Assembly (NCBI GenBank): GCA_003193925.1 | Contig: PSPG01000003.1 | Span: forward strand, 40,797-104,796 | Source: Candidatus Thalassarchaeum betae | GTDB taxonomy: Archaea; Thermoplasmatota; Poseidoniia; Poseidoniales; Thalassarchaeaceae | Direction of reading: 5' to 3' | DNA length: 64,000 nucleotides | Part shown: piece by piece, positions 35,824 to 44,494 of the stretch | Layout: every line of letters starts with the position of its first letter | Position numbering within the stretch: position 1 is the stretch's first letter | Made by a program: the position numbers and the translations under genes | The notes under the pieces: generated by a model | What the model saw: the letters and a program-made list of their open reading frames with translations, nothing else | Told to the model about the DNA's origin: nothing | Databases searched by the model: none

Positions 35824-37899
35824 TCAGGACTTCGAGGCCCCGGCGAAGAAGGCCATCGAGTCGCGGAACAGCTCTTCTCTGCGACGAATCTTGTTGTCCC
35901 TTACCTTGAGCCAGGTCAATGCGACTGCGATGGCCAGCAAGATCGGGACGAAGACCTCAGCCTGGTACCTCTCCATGAATTCGATTATCCCCCTAGCGGT
36001 GTAGGCCCAAGTCAGCGAAGCCGCAGTCCCCCCTATCATGCAGGCTGCGAGAACGCGCTCGAAGGGCATCCTAGCCACCAGTCCGAGCATCGCTCCGACG
36101 AGCACCCCGCTGGCCATGAAGGGGATCCAGACGAAGACGATGAGCCCCCAGTAACCGTAGCGGTCAATCCTACCCTGGTTCTTGTGGGCCACGTACTCCA
36201 CCGACGACAGGATATCCCCCATGAACGGGTTCTGCAGGAGGGCGCCTGCGATTCCGCCCATCTTGGCCACCATCGCCTCGCCGGTGTACTCTTTCACACC
36301 CTGCTCGACCCTGCCTGCGATGGCTCGGTCGGCCAAAGTCGATTTCTCGTTGCGGGCGCTGACCACCAATGACCGCCCGCGCAAGTGCGGCGCTAGGTCG
36401 GAGGAGAGCTGCTTCTCGAGGTCGTCTTGCAGGTCCTTGTAGGACGGTTTGAACAGGAAGTAGGCGAAGCGCTGCACGGGTCGGTAGATCACCCGTACGA
36501 AGACCGCTTCCTCATCGGCCATGATGGCGGTCCCGAAGCCGACGAGGTCGTGCTTCCTGAACCAGCGCGCCAGGCTCTCCTGACCCGCCACTTCGAGTTT
36601 GCCGAAGGCGCTCATCTCCGAGAAAAAGCCGCTGTAGTCCTCTGCGAGAGGTATTCTGCTGCTTCCCCAAGCCATGAAGTTCGAGTCCAAGGAGGTGAGG
36701 TCGTCGCCTGAGGTCACCGAATCGGTGCACACCACCTTCAACTGGAGTGGTCGCATCTCACCGAAGACCGCGTACTCCTCGAGCAGGTACTTGGTTATCT
36801 CAGTGCGAACGTCGATCGGGGTGGCAATGGTCTTGCCAGTGGTGCTGTAAGGCAGGTAGACATCGATGGATATCGGTCTGTCCTGCAGTTTCATCTCGTC
36901 GAAGTCGACATCGAAGCGGAGGTCCTTGGAGACCCTCCTGATGGTCCTCTCGATGAGTCTCCTCATCTGGGGAGTGGTCAGAAGGTCGGCGTCGTCCCTG
37001 TGGTAGAGTCTGTGCATCAGCGGGTACTGCACGCAAAGGAAGAAAATCGACATGCCCAGAGAGACGAATGCTAGCCACCAAGCAGGTATGCCCGCGCTGC
37101 CCCCCCAGAGCATGGCGGTCTCCCTGCCGCCACCCCACTCGGCGCCCATCAGCCTCCATCCCCACTTTCCCAATCCCTCGGTGGTCCAGCACGAGCGTGA
37201 CTCGGTGTCGATGATCTCGGCCTCCTTCTCCTTCACCTGACTGAAGGGTCCGCCAGTCGTTTCGGTATGCACTTCGACTGAGACCACCTTGACCTTGACT
37301 GGGAACAGCGAGGCTTCCTCTTCGTCGAAATCTTCCTGACTGGCTACGGGTGACAGGTCGACAGCGGAGTCCGAGGCGAACAGTGTGACGTTGACTGTGT
37401 AGGTGCCATCGGCCAGTTCGTCATCCAACAGCAGCTGCGACCTGATATCACCCAAGCCTCCCTTGAATATGGAGGTCATTGGGTTCTCACCGCTGACGAC
37501 CAGTGAGATGACGAGAACGGTGCCCCTCTCTGGTGCATTGTGGGTCTGGACGAAGATCTCGTCGTTAGAAGCCCAGATGTTGAACCAGAACTCCTCAGTG
37601 CGGTCGACGCACTGCTCGCCCGTGTCGAGGGGGGTCTTGGAGAGGGCCCCATCCACCACGACCGAATCGGCGGCGATGTAGCCGGATGACATCAGCATGA
37701 CGCCGCCGAAGAACACCACCCCGGCGATGAGGCCGAAGAGCAGGGTCCAGTCGTCGAAAGTCCCTCTGAAGAACTGCCTGCGACCCTCTCTGCGCTGCCG
37801 TATCCGATCCAGCTCCCTGTCGATGGGGGAGGGGGCCGTTGGGTCCTGCGGAACTTCTTGCGCTGCCGTCACGGTGGCGGCAGGAGAGGAGGGTCTCAT
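35824..37899 (-). CDS. Membrane protein with a split 'small multi-drug export' (COG2426-like) domain
   Basis: C-terminal RYGYWGLIVFVWIPFMASGVLVGAMLG and N-half GGGRETAMLWGG..GIPAWW, separated by a soluble insert. Confidence 0.65.
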   Translation of the reverse strand: MRPSSPAATVTAAQEVPQDPTAPSPIDRELDRIRQRREGRRQFFRGTFDDWTLLFGLIAGVVFFGGVMLMSSGYIAADSVVVDGALSKTPLDTGEQCVDRTEEFWFNIWASNDEIFVQTHNAPERGTVLVISLVVSGENPMTSIFKGGLGDIRSQLLLDDELADGTYTVNVTLFASDSAVDLSPVASQEDFDEEEASLFPVKVKVVSVEVHTETTGGPFSQVKEKEAEIIDTESRSCWTTEGLGKWGWRLMGAEWGGGRETAMLWGGSAGIPAWWLAFVSLGMSIFFLCVQYPLMHRLYHRDDADLLTTPQMRRLIERTIRRVSKDLRFDVDFDEMKLQDRPISIDVYLPYSTTGKTIATPIDVRTEITKYLLEEYAVFGEMRPLQLKVVCTDSVTSGDDLTSLDSNFMAWGSSRIPLAEDYSGFFSEMSAFGKLEVAGQESLARWFRKHDLVGFGTAIMADEEAVFVRVIYRPVQRFAYFLFKPSYKDLQDDLEKQLSSDLAPHLRGRSLVVSARNEKSTLADRAIAGRVEQGVKEYTGEAMVAKMGGIAGALLQNPFMGDILSSVEYVAHKNQGRIDRYGYWGLIVFVWIPFMASGVLVGAMLGLVARMPFERVLAACMIGGTAASLTWAYTARGIIEFMERYQAEVFVPILLAIAVALTWLKVRDNKIRRREELFRDSMAFFAGASKS

Positions 37900-37947
37900 A
37901 GCCCTGTCCCCAGGGGGGGACAGGGACTACCTAGTTCGCAAGCAGAT

Positions 37948-40665
37948 TCAGTCGCGACGGGTCGCGAAAGCTGCTCCCAGAAGCACAACCACTGCCATCA
38001 GCGCGCCGAAGCCCGGTAGCATCTCAGCAGTGGCGAACGAATCGGATGTGTACTGGTCTGCCCAGGTGTCGTACAGCTCGACCTGGACGCCCGGCATGAG
38101 ATTGTCAATGACCAAAGTGTCCATGTCTGAAATCAATCCATCACCGTCGTAGTCTAGGTACTCGTAGGTGAATTCGTACTCGGCGATCGCGGGATCGACC
38201 GTAGCTGAGCCCTCGGTAAGTCCGTTCGAAGCGGCGATTGTGCAGTTCGAGATAGGGGGCTCGTTGCCCTCCTCGTCGGGCTCACCGCAATCGACAAGGA
38301 ACCTGACCTCGAAGTCCGAGATAGGAGCGTTCAGGGTCTGGCCCATGACCATCATGGTGACTCGGGAGGGCTCGTCGTCGCCTCCTTCACCATCGTCATC
38401 GTCACCATCGTCATCATCGGCACAGCAGAAGGCCCAGAAAATCTCGAACTCGTACAAATCCAGTCCGCCGCTGTCATCGTCGTCGAACATGTCAATGATG
38501 TCAGAGAGGCCATCAAAGTCTTCTTCTGACATCTCCTCGCCGTCCGTCTGATTATCGAAGTCAGCCCACTCCGAGGCAGTGAGTTGTCCGTCATCGTCAG
38601 CGTCCATCCAGTCGAAAATCTGCTCTGGATTCGCCTCCCCGGGATCGAACATGACTCCTATGCCATCGATGACGCACTGTACCTCGTTGATGTCGATCAT
38701 GTCGTTGCCATCATAGTCGCAATCATCCCACAGAGCTGCAATCGAGTCCGAGTCGAGTTCGGGGTTCGATGGGTCGGACTCCCAGAAATCCTCGAACTCC
38801 TGGAAGGACACGTAGCCGTCTTCATTCGCATCTGCCGCCTCCATGGCCTCCTCGGGAGTCGGTGCGCCATCATCGTCATCGTCTGATCCCGGCCACTCAT
38901 CTCCTCCAGAGGTCCACTCGTAGTCCTCGCTCTGTCCGAAGTCGTCAGTGCAGTGCCAGCCGTCATCCTCGTGGTCCTCGCAGTAATACCACCAAGTGTT
39001 CCATTCTGTTTCTTCAGAATACTTGCAATACCAAGCGTTCTCTTCTCCATCTGCGTCTCCTTCCCACTCGCAGTGGCCGCCCTCGTAAGATTGCCAGTAG
39101 ACGTCGTTTCCATCGTCGCCGCCATCGTCATCGCCAGAGGATTCCAACAATTGCGTAAATTCGTCGAGGTTCAGCAGGTCGTCCCCATCGATATCACCGC
39201 TGTAGAACCAGTTAGCCGTTCCCTCCTCGTCCTCGCTGGACATAGGAGGTTCCCCGTCCTGCTCGTTTTCGTTGTTGATGTAATCGATGAGTTCCTGCAG
39301 GCTCAGATAGCCGTCGTCGTCCGTGTCCATGTAGTCCATCATCTGCTCTGGATCCTCATCGCCACCATCGTCACCAAAGCCGCCCAACATGGCCCCGATG
39401 CCGTCGATGAAGCACTGCATCTCGTCGATGTCAATCAGGTCGTTGCCGTCATAGTCGCAATCATCGAACAGAGTTGCAACCTCTTCCGAATCGAGTTCGG
39501 GGTTTTCTGGATCGGATTCCCAGGCGTCCTGGAACTCCTGGTGGCTCATGTAGCCGTCACCGTCGGTGTCTACGTCCTCCATAGCCTCCTCGGGAGTCGG
39601 GATGTCGCCGCCTTCGCCGTCATCGTCAGACTCGTCGGAGCCGTCGCCACAGTCGTCCCAGCCGTCGTCGACCCAGTCCATCGGAATCTCGTTTCCGTTA
39701 TCGCAGTAGAACGTGTCATCGCCGCCATCGTCCTCAGGCATTCCCTCAATGTGGAAATTAATCGGTATCGAGGTCCTCGGCAGGGTGTCGTCGACCTCGA
39801 TGACCACGGCGTCTCCCCACATCACTGTGTAACTGATTGAAGAGCTGGCAGACCCAGGCGCGTTCCTCGACCCGTAGTCGGTTGATATCTCGTAGGACAT
39901 GAGGTCCTCGTTCTCATCGATCAGGATGACGATGGAGATGTCGTGCCCGGTGTCGTTGGTGTACTCGAGGGTCATGGTGTGGACCCCGGTCTCATCCTCG
40001 AAGGTGATTACGGGCTCCGTATCGGCAGGCATCTCGCTGGACAGGTCGCTAAGATCTCCCGTAGGCAGATCGAGGCCTATCTCTTCTCCGGTGTCGCCTG
40101 CATCAGACACACTCACCAGCGAGGATATGACATCCATGACGTCGGGGTCCGCATCCCTGGTCTGGTACGAGCCCATTCCGGCATTCTCAGCGGCCAACAT
40201 CCCACCCATGGTGTAGTGGATGTTGACGAGTTCGCCGACCTGGACCTGGATGTACTCGTAGGTCATGAAAGGCACCATCGACATGCCCATCTTCACGTAG
40301 ACCGAATCGGTATCTAAATCGGCCATCACCATCTCTTCGATGACTGTGTCCGTCTGCATGTTCATGTCGGTATTCCACTCACTCATCGTGATTGACATTG
40401 AATATCCCGCGCGCGGAATAATTTCGAGCATCTCGTCTATTTCCATCTGCTCGGTAGCGGCGGTCATGAACGCCTCCATCGAGGCTAGGTAGAAGCAGTC
40501 TCCCAACAGCTCCGCGGTGGCGTTATCGTCGTAGTTCTCGGCGTTCTCGTCCATGCAACCTAGGATATCGTCGACGATTTCCTCGATTTCAGGGCTGGAG
40601 GTGCATCCGGCCAAGGGGGTAGCGATCAACAACAGGCTAGCAAGTAGAGCATACGCTCGGGTCAT
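37948..40665 (-). CDS. Acidic surface lipoprotein with LDL-receptor-A module, 8 EF-hands and PGF-CTERM
   Basis: Lipobox LAGC; FYCDNGNEIPMDWVDDGWDDCGDGSDE; DxDxDG..E loops; C-terminal LPGFG + TM + RRD. Confidence 0.85.
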   Translation of the reverse strand: MTRAYALLASLLLIATPLAGCTSSPEIEEIVDDILGCMDENAENYDDNATAELLGDCFYLASMEAFMTAATEQMEIDEMLEIIPRAGYSMSITMSEWNTDMNMQTDTVIEEMVMADLDTDSVYVKMGMSMVPFMTYEYIQVQVGELVNIHYTMGGMLAAENAGMGSYQTRDADPDVMDVISSLVSVSDAGDTGEEIGLDLPTGDLSDLSSEMPADTEPVITFEDETGVHTMTLEYTNDTGHDISIVILIDENEDLMSYEISTDYGSRNAPGSASSSISYTVMWGDAVVIEVDDTLPRTSIPINFHIEGMPEDDGGDDTFYCDNGNEIPMDWVDDGWDDCGDGSDESDDDGEGGDIPTPEEAMEDVDTDGDGYMSHQEFQDAWESDPENPELDSEEVATLFDDCDYDGNDLIDIDEMQCFIDGIGAMLGGFGDDGGDEDPEQMMDYMDTDDDGYLSLQELIDYINNENEQDGEPPMSSEDEEGTANWFYSGDIDGDDLLNLDEFTQLLESSGDDDGGDDGNDVYWQSYEGGHCEWEGDADGEENAWYCKYSEETEWNTWWYYCEDHEDDGWHCTDDFGQSEDYEWTSGGDEWPGSDDDDDGAPTPEEAMEAADANEDGYVSFQEFEDFWESDPSNPELDSDSIAALWDDCDYDGNDMIDINEVQCVIDGIGVMFDPGEANPEQIFDWMDADDDGQLTASEWADFDNQTDGEEMSEEDFDGLSDIIDMFDDDDSGGLDLYEFEIFWAFCCADDDDGDDDDGEGGDDEPSRVTMMVMGQTLNAPISDFEVRFLVDCGEPDEEGNEPPISNCTIAASNGLTEGSATVDPAIAEYEFTYEYLDYDGDGLISDMDTLVIDNLMPGVQVELYDTWADQYTSDSFATAEMLPGFGALMAVVVLLGAAFATRRD
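38650..39600 (-). repeat. Intragenic duplication of the EF-hand block (copies about 39390-39600 and 38650-38862)
   Basis: PTPEEAME...NPELDS...DDCDYDGND.IDI.E.QC.IDGIG occurs twice, offset by 738 nt (246 codons). Confidence 0.85.
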
Positions 40666-40713
40666 TGTTCGTGGGCCGCTCTGAACCGCTTATGAAGAAT
40701 GGGGCGGCGTAGG

Positions 40714-41949
40714 TCACTCCCAATTTCCGGTGATGTCGCTCCACATCAACAGTGCTAGGGCATCGAGCCCGGTTTGCATTCCTGCCTCAAGGCCTCCGCG
40801 CCCGCCCGCTAGGGTGTACAGGACATCGACCCTGTCGGTGGGAGCGTGCTTGGGAGACTGCTCACAGGTGTCGTCCTCCTCCTGCAGGAACTCGTGCATG
40901 CCGCGGAACCAGGTCGCCGGCCAGCCTCGCGAGATGAAGTTGTAGTGATCCGAGTTGCCTTTGGTGTCGTCTAGGACGACTACCCATTCGGTCGGGTACT
41001 CGAGATGCTCGTACAGCACGACCCCCAGCCTGTCCTGCAGCGCTACTGCCTGCTCCCTCATCTCATCGGTCACGTTCACCCCTCGGTCCTCGTAGTACGA
41101 CCAGTCCTCGACCGGCGAGGTGAACAGGTAGAGGTGGAAGTAGTCCTCGTCGCAGCCGCTGAGCTGGCTGACCAACTGGGTCTCGACAGGCCAGTTCAGG
41201 CCGTACATGTCGAGATTGATGTATGTCGCTATCTCGACGCCTTCGGGTAGTGTGGTGACAAAGGTCTCGCTGCCATAGCCCGCACCCTCGGGGGAGCCGC
41301 TGCCCTGCCATTCCTCGTAGTCCCAAACTGCGAACTTCCAGGTGTGCTTCGGCTTGATATCCATTCCCGGTAGGGCCTCGGAGAGGTTCGACTGCCATTC
41401 CATCATCAGGCGTGCGAGCTCTAGCACAGAGGCAGTTCCAGTGGCATCGTCGTAGGCGCCTTGGGAGGTGCACCCGGGGTACTCTATCCCTATGACGATC
41501 TGCTGGCTGTAGCAGATGGCGTCGTAGTGGCCTCCGACGACGATCCACGAGTCCGGGTCCTCGCCCTCCATCGTGGCGACGTAGTTGCGGCAGTCTTCGC
41601 ATATCTGGGTGGTGAAGTTCTGGACCTCGACCTCGTAGCCCAGATCCTCGAACCTCAGTTGTACGAAGTCGCCCGCATTGGCGTGGGCGACGGTGTCGAT
41701 CTTGCGGTAGCCGAAGTCTGCTAGCGCCTCGATGTCGTCGGCTACGGCCGAAGCAGAGGGTAGTGAAGGCGGAGGGCTGTTCTCGAACTCCTCCTGCAAT
41801 TCGTCCTCGAGGTCCTCGACGAACCCCTTGAGGCCGAAGTAGATTAGCGCTCCGGCGAGCCCGGCTAGGATGATGCATGCACCGACGATTATCGACGTGA
41901 TCTTGAGCGCTGGCATGCCGTCAACTGGCTGGGTGTCCTGCTCCTCCAC
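40714..41949 (-). CDS. Membrane-anchored M28-family metallopeptidase
   Basis: VVGGHYDA, GAYDDATG, DYEE, NLDMYG, SDHYNF and HAPTD; N-terminal TM; GTG start. Confidence 0.9.
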   Translation of the reverse strand: MEEQDTQPVDGMPALKITSIIVGACIILAGLAGALIYFGLKGFVEDLEDELQEEFENSPPPSLPSASAVADDIEALADFGYRKIDTVAHANAGDFVQLRFEDLGYEVEVQNFTTQICEDCRNYVATMEGEDPDSWIVVGGHYDAICYSQQIVIGIEYPGCTSQGAYDDATGTASVLELARLMMEWQSNLSEALPGMDIKPKHTWKFAVWDYEEWQGSGSPEGAGYGSETFVTTLPEGVEIATYINLDMYGLNWPVETQLVSQLSGCDEDYFHLYLFTSPVEDWSYYEDRGVNVTDEMREQAVALQDRLGVVLYEHLEYPTEWVVVLDDTKGNSDHYNFISRGWPATWFRGMHEFLQEEDDTCEQSPKHAPTDRVDVLYTLAGGRGGLEAGMQTGLDALALLMWSDITGNWE

Positions 41950-42002
41950 GGCCGACGGAAGGAGCGCCTTCGGGAAAGTGTTCTGCCACTGGCGGGAGAA
42001 GA

Positions 42003-42087
42003 TGGTGCAGGGGACAGGATTCGAACCTGCGAAGCACTACGCACAGCGACCTGAACGCTGCCCCTTTGACCACTCGGGAACCCCTGC
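42003..42087 (-). tRNA. tRNA-Leu (anticodon CAG), CCA encoded
   Basis: Reverse complement GCAGGGGTTCCCGAGTGGTCAAAGGGGCAGCGTT-CAG-GTCGCTG...GTTCGAATCCTGTCCCCTGCACCA; 85 nt with long variable arm. Confidence 0.97.
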
Positions 42088-42163
42088 TCCGCCTTCCGGC
42101 GGGCGCCGCTCGTCTTCAATGCAGCGTAATCGGATATTGGCTCAGCACAACTGCCTTCGATTG

Positions 42164-42248
42164 TGGTGCAGGGGACAGGATTTGAACCTGCGAAGCACTA
42201 CGCACTGGGACCTAAACCCAGCCCCTTTGACCACTCGGGAACCCCTGC
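42164..42248 (-). tRNA. tRNA-Leu (anticodon TAG), CCA encoded
   Basis: Reverse complement GCAGGGGTTCCCGAGTGGTCAAAGGGGCTGGGTT-TAG-GTCCCAG...GTTCAAATCCTGTCCCCTGCACCA; 85 nt. Confidence 0.97.
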
Positions 42249-42349
42249 TCGTAACCGTGCGAGCGATTTTCCGTCAATAAGGCAACGCCCCCGTTATCCG
42301 CTCCCCCATAGGGTCATAACGGGCAGGTTGGGCCCGAAGTCCGGTTAAT

Positions 42350-43360
42350 ATGGCACGGATAGGCGTACTCGGCTTGGGCAATTGGGGCACTGCTCTCGCA
42401 CATGTCTGGTGCGAGGACGGGCACAACGTCCTCGGATGGACCATCGAGCACGAAGTCTACGAGTCGATGATGACCGAGAGTATCAACAAGAAGTACCTAC
42501 CAGGCTACGAGATTCCTCGGCTTCAGGTGACGATGGAGATGTCAGACGTCACCGAGGAGTGCGAGATCCTAGTGCTCGCCCTGCCCAGCGGGGTCATACT
42601 CTCCGTGGTGGACGACCTGATTCCCCACCTGCGTCCCTCTCACGTCCTGCTCGATCTCGCTAAGGGGCTCGCACCCTCCGAAGAGGGCGGCTCGGGGATG
42701 ATCTCCGATGCCATCGGGAGGCGCCTCGAGGCAGCAGGCAAGTCCAACCCGGTCATCGTGATGACTGGCCCCACCATCGCACCCGAGGTAGCTCGCGGCG
42801 TGATGACTACCGCTTTGGTGGCCTGTCACGACCGCAGCGTGGCAGAGCGCATCGCAGAGCGCCTGTCGACCAGCAACCTGGTCCTCAAGGCCGCCGAGGA
42901 CCCCATGGGCGCGGAGCTCTGGGGCGCCTACAAGAACACGGTCGCGATCGCGTGCGGCCTCGTCGACGGGCTGCACGGCAGCATCGGCGGTGACAATCTC
43001 AAAGCCGCGCTGGTGCTAGCCGGATTCAGCGAGGGCATCAGACTGCTTGACGCCATGGGAGCAGAGCCCAGCACTGCCTTCGGGCCTGCGGGTATAGGCG
43101 ACCTGTACGTGACGGCCACGAGCCCGCGCAGCAGGAACCGCACGCTAGGCGAGAAGTTGGGCTCGGGACTGTCGCTGGAGGACTCCCTCGAAGAGATGCA
43201 CATGGTCGCTGAGGGTGTCCGAGCATCTCGGATGTTCATCGACCGGGCTCCCGGACTCGGGGTCGAGATCCCGTTCCTGACAGCTCTGGGTGGGCTGCTG
43301 GACGGTGAGTTGGAAGTCGAGGATGCCGTGCGTCGCATGGTAGACTCGTACGAAGGCTGA
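42350..43360 (+). CDS. gpsA: NAD(P)H-dependent glycerol-3-phosphate dehydrogenase
   Basis: GLGNWGTALA, LAKG, GPTIAPEV, GAYKNTVAIACG, GIGDLYVT..SRNRTLG and VAEG. Confidence 0.94.
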   Translation: MARIGVLGLGNWGTALAHVWCEDGHNVLGWTIEHEVYESMMTESINKKYLPGYEIPRLQVTMEMSDVTEECEILVLALPSGVILSVVDDLIPHLRPSHVLLDLAKGLAPSEEGGSGMISDAIGRRLEAAGKSNPVIVMTGPTIAPEVARGVMTTALVACHDRSVAERIAERLSTSNLVLKAAEDPMGAELWGAYKNTVAIACGLVDGLHGSIGGDNLKAALVLAGFSEGIRLLDAMGAEPSTAFGPAGIGDLYVTATSPRSRNRTLGEKLGSGLSLEDSLEEMHMVAEGVRASRMFIDRAPGLGVEIPFLTALGGLLDGELEVEDAVRRMVDSYEG

Positions 43361-43408
43361 TTTCGGCAAGGTTTGATTGGGTCGTTGCATCCTCAGGGGT
43401 CGAAGCCG

Positions 43409-43636
43409 ATGTCGTTCGAGGACCTCACGGAGTTCGAGTTGCGACTGCTCAAGTGGATCTCGGCTTCGGACTTCGTCGAGGTGCCGTGGTCGACCAAGCG
43501 CGCCGCAGACGCGTTCAAGGTCACCGAGAAGGAGGTCTACGAGGCACTGGCGGCGCTGACCTCCAAGGTACGCGACAACATCCACATCTCGTACGATGAA
43601 GGTGCCATCAGAATAGTCGCTGACGACACAGCCTAG
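43409..43636 (+). CDS. Small winged-helix-like hypothetical protein
   Basis: LTEFELRLLKWI...STKRAADAFKVTEKEVYEALAAL HTH-like pattern; typical codon usage; start at ATG 43409. Confidence 0.65.
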   Translation: MSFEDLTEFELRLLKWISASDFVEVPWSTKRAADAFKVTEKEVYEALAALTSKVRDNIHISYDEGAIRIVADDTA

Positions 43637-44394
43637 GCCGGAGAGGCGCTCCTCGGAGATCCCTCGGAGCCCTTCGTGGCCGCGTAGCCGATCAGAACCA
43701 GATACGCGATGAACAGGACGGCTCTAGTGACCTCGGTCATCGCGGTCTCCTCTAGCCCGAGGAAACCAGACTCGACGAGCTCCCAGAAGCCGGTTGACAT
43801 CAGATAGGCCCCGAAGAGCAGGAGGTAGACATTGGTGATTCTGAACACCCATCGGATGTCGACCCTCATCATACCGGAGAAGAGGGCCCATCCGATGACG
43901 GCTGCAGCGGTTATTCCGACGAAGACGCCGATCGAGCCGGAAGCAACATCGCCGAGTGCTAGGGTGAAGAGCACCGTCTCAGCGCCCTCGCGCCAGACAC
44001 ACAGCGCTGTGATCGCGGCAATTCCCAGAGTGTCGTAGCGTCCGTAGCTGTCATGGGCCCAGGATTGCAGGTCTTCCTTGCCCTGATGCCTGATGAGGTG
44101 CATTAGTACCCCTGCCAGTATGACTGCGGCGAACACCATCGTGACTCCCTCGAAAAGGTCGAGATTGACGCTGAGGGCGTCAAAGACCGAGAAAATCACG
44201 GCGGCAGTGACGACGCTGAGCGAAATGCCTCCAGCCACCCCCCACCAAACCCACTTCACGCCCTCGCGGCGGTCGGTCTTGGACAGGTATGATATGAGTA
44301 GGCCGGTGACGATTACTGCCTCCATGCACTCCCTCAGTCCTATGGAGGCGCCGGCGAGAAAAGAGCCACTCATGAGTGTGTCCAAGACTGCCAT
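43633..44394 (-). CDS. FTR1-family iron permease
   Basis: Two RExxE motifs (LRECMEA, WREGAET) and about 7 TM helices. Confidence 0.9.
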   Translation of the reverse strand: MAVLDTLMSGSFLAGASIGLRECMEAVIVTGLLISYLSKTDRREGVKWVWWGVAGGISLSVVTAAVIFSVFDALSVNLDLFEGVTMVFAAVILAGVLMHLIRHQGKEDLQSWAHDSYGRYDTLGIAAITALCVWREGAETVLFTLALGDVASGSIGVFVGITAAAVIGWALFSGMMRVDIRWVFRITNVYLLLFGAYLMSTGFWELVESGFLGLEETAMTEVTRAVLFIAYLVLIGYAATKGSEGSPRSASPA

Positions 44395-44424
44395 GGGACT
44401 GTGAAATAACTAGCACTTATGAGG

Positions 44425-44440
44425 TTTAGGGTTCCCTAAA
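44425..44440. promoter_or_regulatory. DtxR/IdeR-family operator-like palindrome TTTAGGG-tt-CCCTAAA
   Basis: Perfect 7-bp inverted repeat with a TTAGG-N4-CCTAA core, 31-46 nt upstream of the FTR1 start. Confidence 0.7.
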
Positions 44441-44494
44441 TTCAATATGCACGCTGGCGATAGAATCATGTTGCTCGCTTCTGGTAGATGCCCG

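Noticed and set aside
41870-42348. ORFs with repeated MVQGTGFEPAKHYA, and a possible CRISPR-like repeat
   Set aside because: These are antisense translations of the two tRNA-Leu genes; there are only two long copies and no spacer array or cas genes.
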